Source: Clostridiales bacterium Firm_13 (lineage in GTDB: Bacteria; Bacillota; Clostridia; Saccharofermentanales; Saccharofermentanaceae). Taken from it: 64,000 nt of DNA. The notes under the pieces are model-generated. The model was not told where the DNA came from. It ran no database searches and saw nothing but the letters and a program-made list of their open reading frames with translations. The stretch lies in assembly GCA_001603035.1 (NCBI GenBank), contig LVAS01000063.1, positions 260,506 to 324,505 of the forward strand, given 5' to 3'. Below, in pieces: positions 7,716-16,869 of this stretch; the first letter of the stretch is position 1, and the number at the start of each line of letters is the position of its first letter. Both the position numbers and the translations under genes were made by a program.

Positions 7716-8081
7716 GACTTCTTCTTCTGTGCCGTAATCTCTCTTACGGATCTCGTTAAATATATACTGAACCGGCTGTTCCGGAGTAATCGCCGCAATT
7801 GCGGACTTAAATACCAGATATTGCGTATTCTCTCCGGCAAGAATGACAGATTGACTGTCAAACCCGATTATCTTGCAGACTCTTCTCTCCCCGTGCACCA
7901 ATTCTACGCATACACTGTCTTCATTCTTGCGACAATTGTTAAGAAAGATCTCTTGCAGATTCGCCGCTTTAAAGGAGCCACGCGGATCTCGGGACCCTTC
8001 AGATGACCTCCCGTATGAACTTCTTCGATCATTCTCATCATGAAATACTCCGGTAGAATTGTAAGCGGAACGTCGATACAT
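7704..8081 (-). CDS. hfq: Hfq-like RNA chaperone, divergent, with an N-terminal extension
   Basis: The Sm fold segment LQEIFLNNCRKNEDSVCVELVHGERRVCKIIGFDSQSVILAGENTQYLVFKSAIAAI aligns to Hfq Sm1/Sm2. It sits directly downstream of miaA, as in many bacteria. GAGGG RBS before the ATG at 8081. Confidence 0.7.
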   Translation of the reverse strand: MYRRSAYNSTGVFHDENDRRSSYGRSSEGSRDPRGSFKAANLQEIFLNNCRKNEDSVCVELVHGERRVCKIIGFDSQSVILAGENTQYLVFKSAIAAITPEQPVQYIFNEIRKRDYGTEEEVSDI

Positions 8082-8157
8082 AGGATACCCTCACTTTGTT
8101 TTAGTGAGAGATTATCATGAACAAGCATATTGTTCCATATGCTATAGCCAAATTTTC

Positions 8158-9090
8158 TCAAATTATTCCTTCGATTTTTTTGAGAATTTCGGAGCATTCG
8201 GTTGCCTTTATCCAATTTACTCCGGGCATATGACGATACCAGGTCATCTGCCTTTTGGCATAATTTCTTGTCCGCTGTTTTATTAGTGATACGGCATCGG
8301 AATATGTCATCTTGCCGTCAAGCCAATCGATGATCTCTTTATAACCGATCGCCTGGAACGCGTTCGCGTCTCGAGGCACTCCGAGTGCAAGAAGTTGCCG
8401 TACTTCTTCTTCAAGCCCTTGCGCCATCATCTCATCGACACGGTCGTCAATCCTCGCATAAAGTTCCTCTCGCGGTCGATCAATCGCAAAGACTTGAAAC
8501 GGGTATCGGGGACCGTCCCGTTTGGACTCTTCATTCAATGCGCTCATGGTCTTCCCTGTCTCTCGATAGATTGCCAGAGCACGCAGAACGCGACGCTTAT
8601 TATTCGGATGAATTTGCGCTGCTTGTATTGGATCAATTCGTTTTAGTTCTTCGTAGAGCCTGAGAATTCCGCCGGTTTTTTCTTCTTCAACGACTTGTTC
8701 TATGACCTTTGGTGAAACGTCTACAGGCGAAAATCGAATGCCTTGCGATATTGCAGACGCATATTGACCGGTTCCGCCGCAAAACACCGGCAGCACACCG
8801 CGTGAAAGGCAATCCGAAATGACTTTTTGCGCTTGCTCTACATAATCAGCGACACTGAACATATCTCCCGGATTCAGAAAATCAATCAGATGATGTGGAA
8901 CCTCATTTCTGTCCTCCTTCGAAGGCTTTGCCGTACCGATATCCATGCCCTTGTAGATTTGCATGGAATCCATGCCGACAAGTTCCCCTTTGACGCACTG
9001 ACATACTTGCATCGCAAGAGAACTCTTTCCGCTCGCCGTCGGTCCGCATATTACGGGAATGGATTGAAAAGGTATCGGTAAACTCTCCAT
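8158..9090 (-). CDS. miaA: tRNA dimethylallyltransferase
   Basis: P-loop GPTASGKSS, MDIGTAKPS and HHLID motifs, and mutL-miaA-hfq synteny. Confidence 0.9.
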   Translation of the reverse strand: MESLPIPFQSIPVICGPTASGKSSLAMQVCQCVKGELVGMDSMQIYKGMDIGTAKPSKEDRNEVPHHLIDFLNPGDMFSVADYVEQAQKVISDCLSRGVLPVFCGGTGQYASAISQGIRFSPVDVSPKVIEQVVEEEKTGGILRLYEELKRIDPIQAAQIHPNNKRRVLRALAIYRETGKTMSALNEESKRDGPRYPFQVFAIDRPREELYARIDDRVDEMMAQGLEEEVRQLLALGVPRDANAFQAIGYKEIIDWLDGKMTYSDAVSLIKQRTRNYAKRQMTWYRHMPGVNWIKATECSEILKKIEGII

Positions 9091-9098
9091 CGATTCAT

Positions 9099-11018
9099 TT
9101 AAAGAACTCGTTTGAATTCTTTCTCCAGATCCTTTCTTCCGAGACGGATAATAATCGGGCGTCCGTGCGGACAGTGATAGGGGTCATTCAGAAGGGAGAG
9201 ATCCTTTAATAGGCCCTCGATCTCGGGTCTTGCCAGTCGATCATGGCCTTTTACCGCCGCTTTGCATGCCGTTGTGGCGAAGACTCGAATCATCTCCTCA
9301 TCTGATGTGGGGACCTCGGAACGAAGATCATCCAGCGCCGATTGGAAATAGCCCGCCGGACTCATATTCTGAGAAACATCAGGGATCTCCCTAATGATAC
9401 AATCTCGACCGGCAATTAGGTCAAACACAAATCCGAGCTTTTCCAATTGAGAATGCTTTTCCTGTGCAAACAAGTACTCCGACGAAGTGAGCGTCAGCAA
9501 CTCCGGAGATAATAATGACTTTCGAACGATCGGCAATTCTCTTCTTTCTCGATATTTTTTCATCAGTTGTTCGAAAAGAACTTTTTCGTGTGCGGCATGT
9601 TGATCAAGTAAGAAAATGCCGTCATCCAGTTCCAATAAAATATAAGTCGCAAAAGCCGTGCCGATGATTCGGGACTGCAAGAGAGACTGGATTGAAAACC
9701 CTTGTCGACGCTCCTGTAATCGAGTCTGTTCAGCGATTTTACTAAGTTCTCCCTCGGTTTCTCTCTCTCCTTTCTCGGATGCGTCACGATGATCCGAGAC
9801 GGATAACGGAATCTTCTCTTGAACCGGATAACGGATTTCGGTTCGGTTCCCATTCTTGTTTTCTTCCTGGGCGGGTATGGTCTCTGTCACTCGCGTGAGA
9901 TCAGGAGAATCGGACGAAACCATATGTATATTGTCATTCTCGTTCGGATTCGCAGTAGGATTTGTCGAAGACGCACTTTGTGGCGAAGACGTGCGAAAAA
10001 GCGCTGAAGTATCCGGAATAATGACGTGCGAATCCGTGCTGAGCGCATTATGAACCGCGTGAAAAACGGCGTGGAAGACTTCTTTATCACTCCAGAAACG
10101 CACTTCTGCTTTTTGCGGATGAACATTGATATCAACCTGCGACGGCGGGACAAAGATTGAAAGAATAATGAAAGCAAATTTGCCTTTCATCAGCATCGTC
10201 CGGTATGCTTCGTCTACGGCGGCGGAAATTGTTTTGGAACGAATCAAGCGCTCGTTCAGGAAGAATATCTGATCATTACGGGTTCCCCGAGCGATTTCCG
10301 ATTTCCCGACAAATCCCACAATCTTGATTGCTCCGATCTCCGTGTCTATACGAATACATTGATCCGCGGTCTTCTTCCCATACACGCTATAGAGCGCGGA
10401 CAAATCATCATTATTTCCGGGCGTATGCAAGCTTTCTTTCCCGTCCTGTATCAAACGGAAGGAAATGTCAGGACGGACAAGAGCAAGTCGCTCCATTAAT
10501 TGAGAGATGTATTGTGCTTCCGTTTGATCCTTTTTTAAAAACTTATAGCGAGCCGGAAGATTAAAAAACAAATCTCGTACTTCTATCTGTGTTCCGGGAG
10601 CTCCGTTCGATTTGGTTACGCCGATCAGTCTTCCCGCTTCCATTTCAATTTGTGTTCCGTGTTCAAAGCCGGGCTGACAGGTTCGCATGCGGACTTTGGA
10701 AGCGGCCGCGATACTGGAGAGTGCCTCTCCTCGAAATCCCATCGTATGTAAATCAAATAGGTCTTCCAATGTATTCAATTTGCTTGTCGTATGGCATTGA
10801 AAAGCCATGCGTGCGTCCTGTTCGTCCATACCGGATCCGTCGTCCGTAACCCGGATACGCGATACGCCTCCGCCGTCAATTTCAACGGTAATCGTTGTGG
10901 CGCCCGCATCCATAGCATTTTCGATGAGTTCCTTAACAACGGAGGACGGCCTCTCCACCACTTCGCCGGCGGCAATTCCGTTTGCGGTTATATCGTCAAG
11001 TTGATGAATTCTGCCCAT
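9099..11018 (-). CDS. mutL: DNA mismatch repair protein MutL
   Basis: GHKL ATPase N-terminus IAAGEVVERPSSVVKELIENAMDAG and DDGSGM. The C-terminal endonuclease/dimerisation domain has DQHAAHEKVLFE and CPHGRP. Confidence 0.9.
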   Translation of the reverse strand: MGRIHQLDDITANGIAAGEVVERPSSVVKELIENAMDAGATTITVEIDGGGVSRIRVTDDGSGMDEQDARMAFQCHTTSKLNTLEDLFDLHTMGFRGEALSSIAAASKVRMRTCQPGFEHGTQIEMEAGRLIGVTKSNGAPGTQIEVRDLFFNLPARYKFLKKDQTEAQYISQLMERLALVRPDISFRLIQDGKESLHTPGNNDDLSALYSVYGKKTADQCIRIDTEIGAIKIVGFVGKSEIARGTRNDQIFFLNERLIRSKTISAAVDEAYRTMLMKGKFAFIILSIFVPPSQVDINVHPQKAEVRFWSDKEVFHAVFHAVHNALSTDSHVIIPDTSALFRTSSPQSASSTNPTANPNENDNIHMVSSDSPDLTRVTETIPAQEENKNGNRTEIRYPVQEKIPLSVSDHRDASEKGERETEGELSKIAEQTRLQERRQGFSIQSLLQSRIIGTAFATYILLELDDGIFLLDQHAAHEKVLFEQLMKKYRERRELPIVRKSLLSPELLTLTSSEYLFAQEKHSQLEKLGFVFDLIAGRDCIIREIPDVSQNMSPAGYFQSALDDLRSEVPTSDEEMIRVFATTACKAAVKGHDRLARPEIEGLLKDLSLLNDPYHCPHGRPIIIRLGRKDLEKEFKRVL

Positions 11019-11032
11019 CGCGGTAGTCCTCC

Positions 11033-13756
11033 TTATAACCCGTCGTCTTCTTTCACTCTCTCGATCATTGCATAAAGAATATTCATCGCTTCCAGCGGTG
11101 TCATTTTCGAGATATCCAAGCGCGCCAGTTCCTCTCGGATCGGATCGATCTTTGCCGCGCGATCCGTTGAATTCGAAAATAAAGTCATTTGCCCCGGAAG
11201 AGGGATTGCGGTATTTTCCATTTCATCGGAACCGGGTGTCGCGGCTTCGATTTTCTTGTCCTTTTCAAGAATGGAAAGGATCTCTTTCGCCCGGAGCAAA
11301 ACATCCTGCGGAACGCCGGCTAATCGCGCGACTTCGATGCCGTAACTGTCATCGGTTCCTCCGTCGTGAATACGATGCAAAAAAAGAACTTCTCCGTCTT
11401 TTTCTTCTACTTCAACATGCGCATTGAATATCCCGCGGATTCTTCCTTCAAGCATGTTCAATTCGTGATAATGTGTCGCAAAAAGCGTTCTCGCGAAGAT
11501 CAAATCTTTCGCGCTCAAAAACTCCAGAATCGACCAAGCAAGGGAAAGACCGTCATATGTACTCGTTCCTCGGCCGACTTCATCAAGAATGAGAAGACTT
11601 CTTCGCGTCGCATTTCGAAGGATCGTTGAAACTTCGTTCATTTCGACCATGAAGGTCGACTGACCCGAAGAAAGATCATCCGAAGCGCCGATCCTTGTAA
11701 AAATGCGATCGACAATTCCGATCCGAGCCGACTCAGCCGGGACAAAGCTCCCCATTTGCGCGAGCAGAACAAGGAGTGCCGTTTGTCTCATATAAGTCGA
11801 TTTGCCCGCCATATTCGGCCCGGTAAGGATTAATATTCGCCTTTCTTCCGAGTCCATATTCAGGTCATTCGGTACAAATGCACCGGCGCTCAACATCTTT
11901 TCCACAACGGGATGCCGGCCGGCGCGAATCTCCAAAATGGATTGCTCTTCGATTTGCGGACGGACATATTTCTCTCTGTCCGCGATCTCTGCGAGCGAAA
12001 GTAATACGTCAAGAGCGGAAATCGCCTGAGAGACAGTCTGAAGTCGCGCTATACAGGTGCAAGCCTTTTCACGGATCTCGCAGAAAAGGCTGTACTCGAG
12101 TGCTATCAATCTCTGGTTTGCGCCTAGGATCGTATCTTCTAATGTCTTTAGTTCCTCGGTTATATAGCGTTCCCCGTTTGCGAGTGTCTGCTTGCGAATA
12201 TAGGTCTCCGGTACTTGTGCGACACTCCCTTTCGACACTTCGAGATAATAGCCGAATACGCGATTATACCCAATTCGCATGGTTCGAATCCCGGTCTTCT
12301 CCCGCTCTCTTTGTTCGAGCGAAAGAATGAGACTTTTCCCGTCAACCGCCGCCGTCCGTAGCGAATCAACTTCGGCAGAAAATCCGGTGCGGATGATTCC
12401 GCCTTCTTTTACGCTGATCGGAGGTTCATCGGGGATTGACGCGGCCAAAAGTTCAAAGAGATCGTCCAGCGGTTCCATATTGTCTGCGATCTCGGAAAAC
12501 AAGCCTCGATTGAGACGTTTCGCCAAAGTACAGATTTCGGGAAGCGCCTCTAAAGAATTCTTAAGAGACAATAGATCCCTCGCGTTCACAGACCCAAGCG
12601 CTATGCGGGAAGTGAGACGTTCTAGGTCATGAATACCGTTGATTCTTTCCAGGAGTTCGCTGCGAATGAGGAATGCATCTTTCGCTTCCTCCACGGCATC
12701 CTGTCTCTGAAGAATGTCTTCCTTTTGAATCAGAGGTTGCTCCATCCATCGGCGAAGTAGTCGTCCGCCCATTGCGGTTCTGGTACGATCAATCGCCCAA
12801 AGAAGGCTTCCCATCTTGGATTTCGAGCGAAGTGTCTCCGTGATTTCCAGGTTCTTTCTCGTCGAAGAATCAAGCTCCATCGTCTCCTCAATCCGATAAA
12901 GATGAATGCCCTGCAGATGGGTTATTCTTGTCTGTTGTGTCTCTTCGAGATAGCAAAGAAGTGCGCTTGCCGCAAAACGGCAAAGTAAGTCCCGCACGGT
13001 TTCCATGTCCCAATAGTTCTGTGATTTCTTCTTTTCTTTTGTATCCGCGTCCTTCTCGTACGAAGATAGACGATCGGAAGAGAAATCTGTATCCGGACGA
13101 ACAGACATCAACGCGGGAAATTGCGAGGAAAAAGTCGAATAGTTCGGATCATCGACAAATGCTTGATTGCAGATCATTTCGGACGGTCCGAAACGAGCGG
13201 CTTGATTCAAAAGCTTCGCGAACGTGTTGCCGGTCACAAGTTGCGTTGCCTCAAAGGATCCTGTCGTCAGATCGGAGGCGGCAAAGCCGTATTGCATTCC
13301 CATTCGAAAAATCGAAACGATATAGTTATTCTTCTTGTCGTCAAGCGCACCCGCGTCCGTAATGGTACCCGGTGTCAAAAGTCTCGTCACGGCTCGCTTC
13401 ACGATCCCTTTTGCCGCTGCGGGGTCTTCCAGCTGATCGCATACCGCTACCTTGTATCCGTTTAAGACAAGCTTCTGCATGTAGGCAGGAGCGGCATGGT
13501 GCGGGACGCCGCACATCGGCGCCCTGGATTCAAGACCGCAATCACGCCCGGTAAGAGCCAGATCCAATACGCGCGACGCCGTTATCGCGTCGTCGAAAAA
13601 CATTTCATAGAAATCGCCCAAGCGAAACATGAGGATCGCATCCGGCCATTTGTCCTTCTGCTCCAGATACTGCATCATCATAGGAGTAATCGCCGACCGG
13701 TCCAGCCGATCGTATGTCAGGAGGTCCGATGTATCCATCATATAAAACGCAACCAT
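11033..13756 (-). CDS. mutS: DNA mismatch repair protein MutS
   Basis: TPMMMQYLEQK, FRLGDFYEMFFDDA, Walker A GPNMAGKSTYMRQ and TFMVEMNE. The start is uncertain (ATG at 13756, 13741 or 13738). The longest form overlaps the miaB 3' end by 19 nt. Confidence 0.9.
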   Translation of the reverse strand: MVAFYMMDTSDLLTYDRLDRSAITPMMMQYLEQKDKWPDAILMFRLGDFYEMFFDDAITASRVLDLALTGRDCGLESRAPMCGVPHHAAPAYMQKLVLNGYKVAVCDQLEDPAAAKGIVKRAVTRLLTPGTITDAGALDDKKNNYIVSIFRMGMQYGFAASDLTTGSFEATQLVTGNTFAKLLNQAARFGPSEMICNQAFVDDPNYSTFSSQFPALMSVRPDTDFSSDRLSSYEKDADTKEKKKSQNYWDMETVRDLLCRFAASALLCYLEETQQTRITHLQGIHLYRIEETMELDSSTRKNLEITETLRSKSKMGSLLWAIDRTRTAMGGRLLRRWMEQPLIQKEDILQRQDAVEEAKDAFLIRSELLERINGIHDLERLTSRIALGSVNARDLLSLKNSLEALPEICTLAKRLNRGLFSEIADNMEPLDDLFELLAASIPDEPPISVKEGGIIRTGFSAEVDSLRTAAVDGKSLILSLEQREREKTGIRTMRIGYNRVFGYYLEVSKGSVAQVPETYIRKQTLANGERYITEELKTLEDTILGANQRLIALEYSLFCEIREKACTCIARLQTVSQAISALDVLLSLAEIADREKYVRPQIEEQSILEIRAGRHPVVEKMLSAGAFVPNDLNMDSEERRILILTGPNMAGKSTYMRQTALLVLLAQMGSFVPAESARIGIVDRIFTRIGASDDLSSGQSTFMVEMNEVSTILRNATRRSLLILDEVGRGTSTYDGLSLAWSILEFLSAKDLIFARTLFATHYHELNMLEGRIRGIFNAHVEVEEKDGEVLFLHRIHDGGTDDSYGIEVARLAGVPQDVLLRAKEILSILEKDKKIEAATPGSDEMENTAIPLPGQMTLFSNSTDRAAKIDPIREELARLDISKMTPLEAMNILYAMIERVKEDDGL

Positions 13757-15231
13757 TCCCCTTCCAATGAAAACGGCCGAGCACCTGTAATCCGAACATC
13801 GGCAAGAACGCCTTCCAGAGTATCCCCGTTAAGCGTCAATGGATTCTCGAGAATTGTGCCCGACGGCAATACCGCGTGCGCGGGAATTGTAAAGTTCACG
13901 AGTCGATTCGATCGCGTACGTCCGGATAGAATGTGACGGGATGTCTCGCTGCCGCCTTCGATGAGAATTTCTTGAACGGTTCCGACAACAGAGAGCGATG
14001 ATTCAAAACAGTGTCGATTCTGGATCGCCAGAAGACGCCCGAACCGCTCGGTGACAACTTCTTCCGGAACCTGGTTCTGCATTTGGGCGGCCGGTGTCCC
14101 CGGACGGGGTGAATATTGAAACGTAAAAGCGGAATCGAATCGGACTTCTGCCAGCACGTCGAGCGTTTCCGCAAAGTCTTCTTCCGTCTCTCCCGGAAAA
14201 CCGACGATAATATCCGTCGAAATCGTGCCGTCAGGGACTCTTTCACGAAAAAGTTTTGCCGTTCGCAAGTACTGTTCCTTTGTATATTTTCGGTTCATTG
14301 CCCGCAAAATATGATCGCTTCCCGACTGCAGCGGCAAGTGAAGGTGACGTTCAATCACGGGATGCGTAGAGATCGTCTCGATGACTTTGTCAGACAGGTC
14401 TTTCGGGTGCGAGGTCATAAACCGAACACGAGACAATCCGGGAATATCGGATATTTCCGCCAAAAGATCGGCAAAGTCTGTTGCTTCTTCCAGATCCTTT
14501 CCGTATGAATTTACGTTTTGTCCCAGAAGAAGGATCTCTTTGTAACCTTCCTTCTGAAGCGATTTCGCCTCTTCAATGATCTTCTGATAAGGTCTAGATC
14601 GTTCACGCCCTCTCGTATAGGGGACTATACAATATGTGCAGAAATTATCACATCCATACATAATCGGTATTAGCGCGCGAAATCGGCGGGAACGGTCAAT
14701 CGGCATGTCGAGATCATCAACAAGATAATCTTCCACCGATACCGAATATACCCGCTTTTCTCCGGAAATGGAACGTGCCAGAAGTTCCGGAAGACGATGA
14801 ATGTCTTGCGGACCAAATATGAGGTCGACAAAAGGATAGCTACGCCGAATCTTTTCGATATTCTCATCTTGTTTCATCAAGCATCCGCAGACGGCAACAA
14901 TTAAGTGTGGATTTGTACGCTTCATCGTCTTAACAAGTCCCAAGTTGCCAAACAGTCGATCGCGCGCATTCTCACGCACGCTGCAAGTATTATAGATAAC
15001 CAGATCCGGCGTATCCCCCGAGGCTTCCTCGAAAGACATCGCGCGAAGAATGCCGGACAACTTCTCACTGTCTGATTCGTTCAACTGACAGCCGTAGGTT
15101 CGAATGCTGTATGTATATGGGTAGCCGCGCAGACGGCCTTCCGTCATAAAATGTTCGCGGAGGTTTTCTGTGATGTTACGTTGACTCCGGAGATCTTCCG
15201 GTTCTAATAAATGAACGGACAAATGTCGCAC
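13738..15231 (-). CDS. miaB: tRNA-2-methylthio-N6-dimethylallyladenosine synthase (radical SAM methylthiotransferase)
   Basis: UPF0004 domain TYGCQLNESD, radical SAM CDNFCTYCIVP and a C-terminal TRAM domain. The track start is a GTG. A TTG at 15222 behind GAGG is an alternative. Confidence 0.85.
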   Translation of the reverse strand: MRHLSVHLLEPEDLRSQRNITENLREHFMTEGRLRGYPYTYSIRTYGCQLNESDSEKLSGILRAMSFEEASGDTPDLVIYNTCSVRENARDRLFGNLGLVKTMKRTNPHLIVAVCGCLMKQDENIEKIRRSYPFVDLIFGPQDIHRLPELLARSISGEKRVYSVSVEDYLVDDLDMPIDRSRRFRALIPIMYGCDNFCTYCIVPYTRGRERSRPYQKIIEEAKSLQKEGYKEILLLGQNVNSYGKDLEEATDFADLLAEISDIPGLSRVRFMTSHPKDLSDKVIETISTHPVIERHLHLPLQSGSDHILRAMNRKYTKEQYLRTAKLFRERVPDGTISTDIIVGFPGETEEDFAETLDVLAEVRFDSAFTFQYSPRPGTPAAQMQNQVPEEVVTERFGRLLAIQNRHCFESSLSVVGTVQEILIEGGSETSRHILSGRTRSNRLVNFTIPAHAVLPSGTILENPLTLNGDTLEGVLADVRITGARPFSLEGEWLRFI

Positions 15232-15338
15232 CTCGTATTTCTTAATAGATTTATGATAGCAGAAGAGACCCTGTTTTGCGAACCGGAATTCTTGCGGTAC
15301 AATAGGAGAATCAAGTCAATTCTACGGAGGGTTTATCT

Positions 15339-16820
15339 TTGCGACGCAGTTTTTTTCGACATAAATTCCATAGTCTCCTCTCGACGCCGGCAGCCCCCGC
15401 GATTCGGACACGCATCTTCCCGTTTATCGCATTTGTTCTTGCGTTTACGCTTATTCCTTCCTTTCACGTAATTGCGACGGCCGATTCTTCCTTGCCGTCC
15501 TCAAATACGGATACTGAAACAGCCGTGCCTTCCGCGTCGACAACGTTACTTAACGCCACACTTGACGGCGTTCCCTCCGTAGACGGGAATGCGTTTGTCT
15601 TATATGATCCGCAATCCAAGACTTTTATTACGGGCAAAGAGGCGGATACACCTCTCTCTCCCGCCAGTATAACAAAAGTCATGACGGTCCTTCTTGCGCT
15701 TGAGAATCTTAAGATGGACGACACGATTACGATTACCCGGGACATGTATGAAAGCATCTCGGATGATTACGTTCGTCTGGGTCTTGTCGATGGCGAAATA
15801 ATTACTGTGGAGTCTGCAATTTATGCGTGTCTTCTGAATTCATCCAATGATGCCGCTATGGCATTAGCCTACAAAATGAGCGGATCTGTCGAAGGCTTTG
15901 CAGACTTAATGAATAAAAGGGCGGTCGAGCTCGGTTGTACGGGTACTCATTTTACGAACCCCTACGGGTATGCCGATCCCAATCACCTTACCACCGCACA
16001 TGATATGGCGTTAATTCTGACGGAGGCCCTCACGCATCCCGAATATCAGCAGATCTCTACAACCGCGAACTACACGTTTCCTGCGACGAATAAGAGCGGA
16101 ATACGAAACCTCACCAACGGGAACAAATTCATTTCAACATCCCAATATGCCTATGAATACTATATCGGCGGGAAAACAGGGGTAACAGACCTGTCCGGAC
16201 ATACAATCTGCGCCGGCGCCTCCAAAAACGGCCGTGAATTAATCGGAGTTATACTGGGTGCATCCTCTTCCAATGTTCGTTATGAGAACTTGATCTCTCT
16301 CTTTGATTATGGTTTTTCTACATATACTACCTGTGCCGTCGACCCTTCTGAATTCGCTTCCATTAAGGATTCGACATTAAATCAAGTGACTTCTTGTATA
16401 ACGTCTGCCGGATATTCTCTTGAGGTGAAAGACACCAAACTCGATGTTGTGCCTTTCCTTACGACGACACAAACACGATATGCCGGTGGTTACAAAGAGA
16501 ATATCGATACAAGCCAAGCGGTTATTCACTCCGATCAGGCTCTACAGAATCTCGTTTTCCCATTGACACGCGTCTACGGCGACGGAGCGGTAGATCCTAT
16601 CGGTACACTAACGATAACAATCGGAAGTACAGATCCCGTCGCACTTGCGGCTGCGGAAAAAGAAGCGGAACAAACACCCGTCGACGTAACGACATTAATC
16701 GTCAAAATTGTAATTATCGTGATCCTACTTGTGATTCTCGGATTTGCTCTTTATATTTATTACCGGATGCAGAAGAGAAGGCATCACAGAAAAAGCAGGC
16801 AATATCCGAAAGTGCTGTAA
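15339..16820 (+). CDS. D-alanyl-D-alanine carboxypeptidase (S11 serine peptidase, PBP5 type) with a C-terminal membrane anchor
   Basis: TTG start behind GGAGGG. SxxK (SITK), SxN (SSND) and KTG (KTGVT) motifs. C-terminal TM helix IVKIVIIVILLVILGFALYIYY. Confidence 0.8.
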   Translation: MRRSFFRHKFHSLLSTPAAPAIRTRIFPFIAFVLAFTLIPSFHVIATADSSLPSSNTDTETAVPSASTTLLNATLDGVPSVDGNAFVLYDPQSKTFITGKEADTPLSPASITKVMTVLLALENLKMDDTITITRDMYESISDDYVRLGLVDGEIITVESAIYACLLNSSNDAAMALAYKMSGSVEGFADLMNKRAVELGCTGTHFTNPYGYADPNHLTTAHDMALILTEALTHPEYQQISTTANYTFPATNKSGIRNLTNGNKFISTSQYAYEYYIGGKTGVTDLSGHTICAGASKNGRELIGVILGASSSNVRYENLISLFDYGFSTYTTCAVDPSEFASIKDSTLNQVTSCITSAGYSLEVKDTKLDVVPFLTTTQTRYAGGYKENIDTSQAVIHSDQALQNLVFPLTRVYGDGAVDPIGTLTITIGSTDPVALAAAEKEAEQTPVDVTTLIVKIVIIVILLVILGFALYIYYRMQKRRHHRKSRQYPKVL

Positions 16821-16821
16821 C

Positions 16822-16860
16822 AAAAAGAGCGGGGGCTTATTTGGAACACCCGCTCTTTTT
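16822..16860. terminator. Bidirectional intrinsic terminator between convergent genes
   Basis: AAAAAGAGCGGG...CCCGCTCTTTTT: a perfect 8-bp GC-rich core flanked by A-run and T-run. Confidence 0.7.
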
Positions 16861-16869
16861 TATAAATGC

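Noticed and set aside
11802-13936. Several 75-150-aa plus-strand ORFs inside mutS and miaB.
   Set aside because: They are antisense to strongly supported genes and have biased Arg/Ser composition typical of reverse frames.
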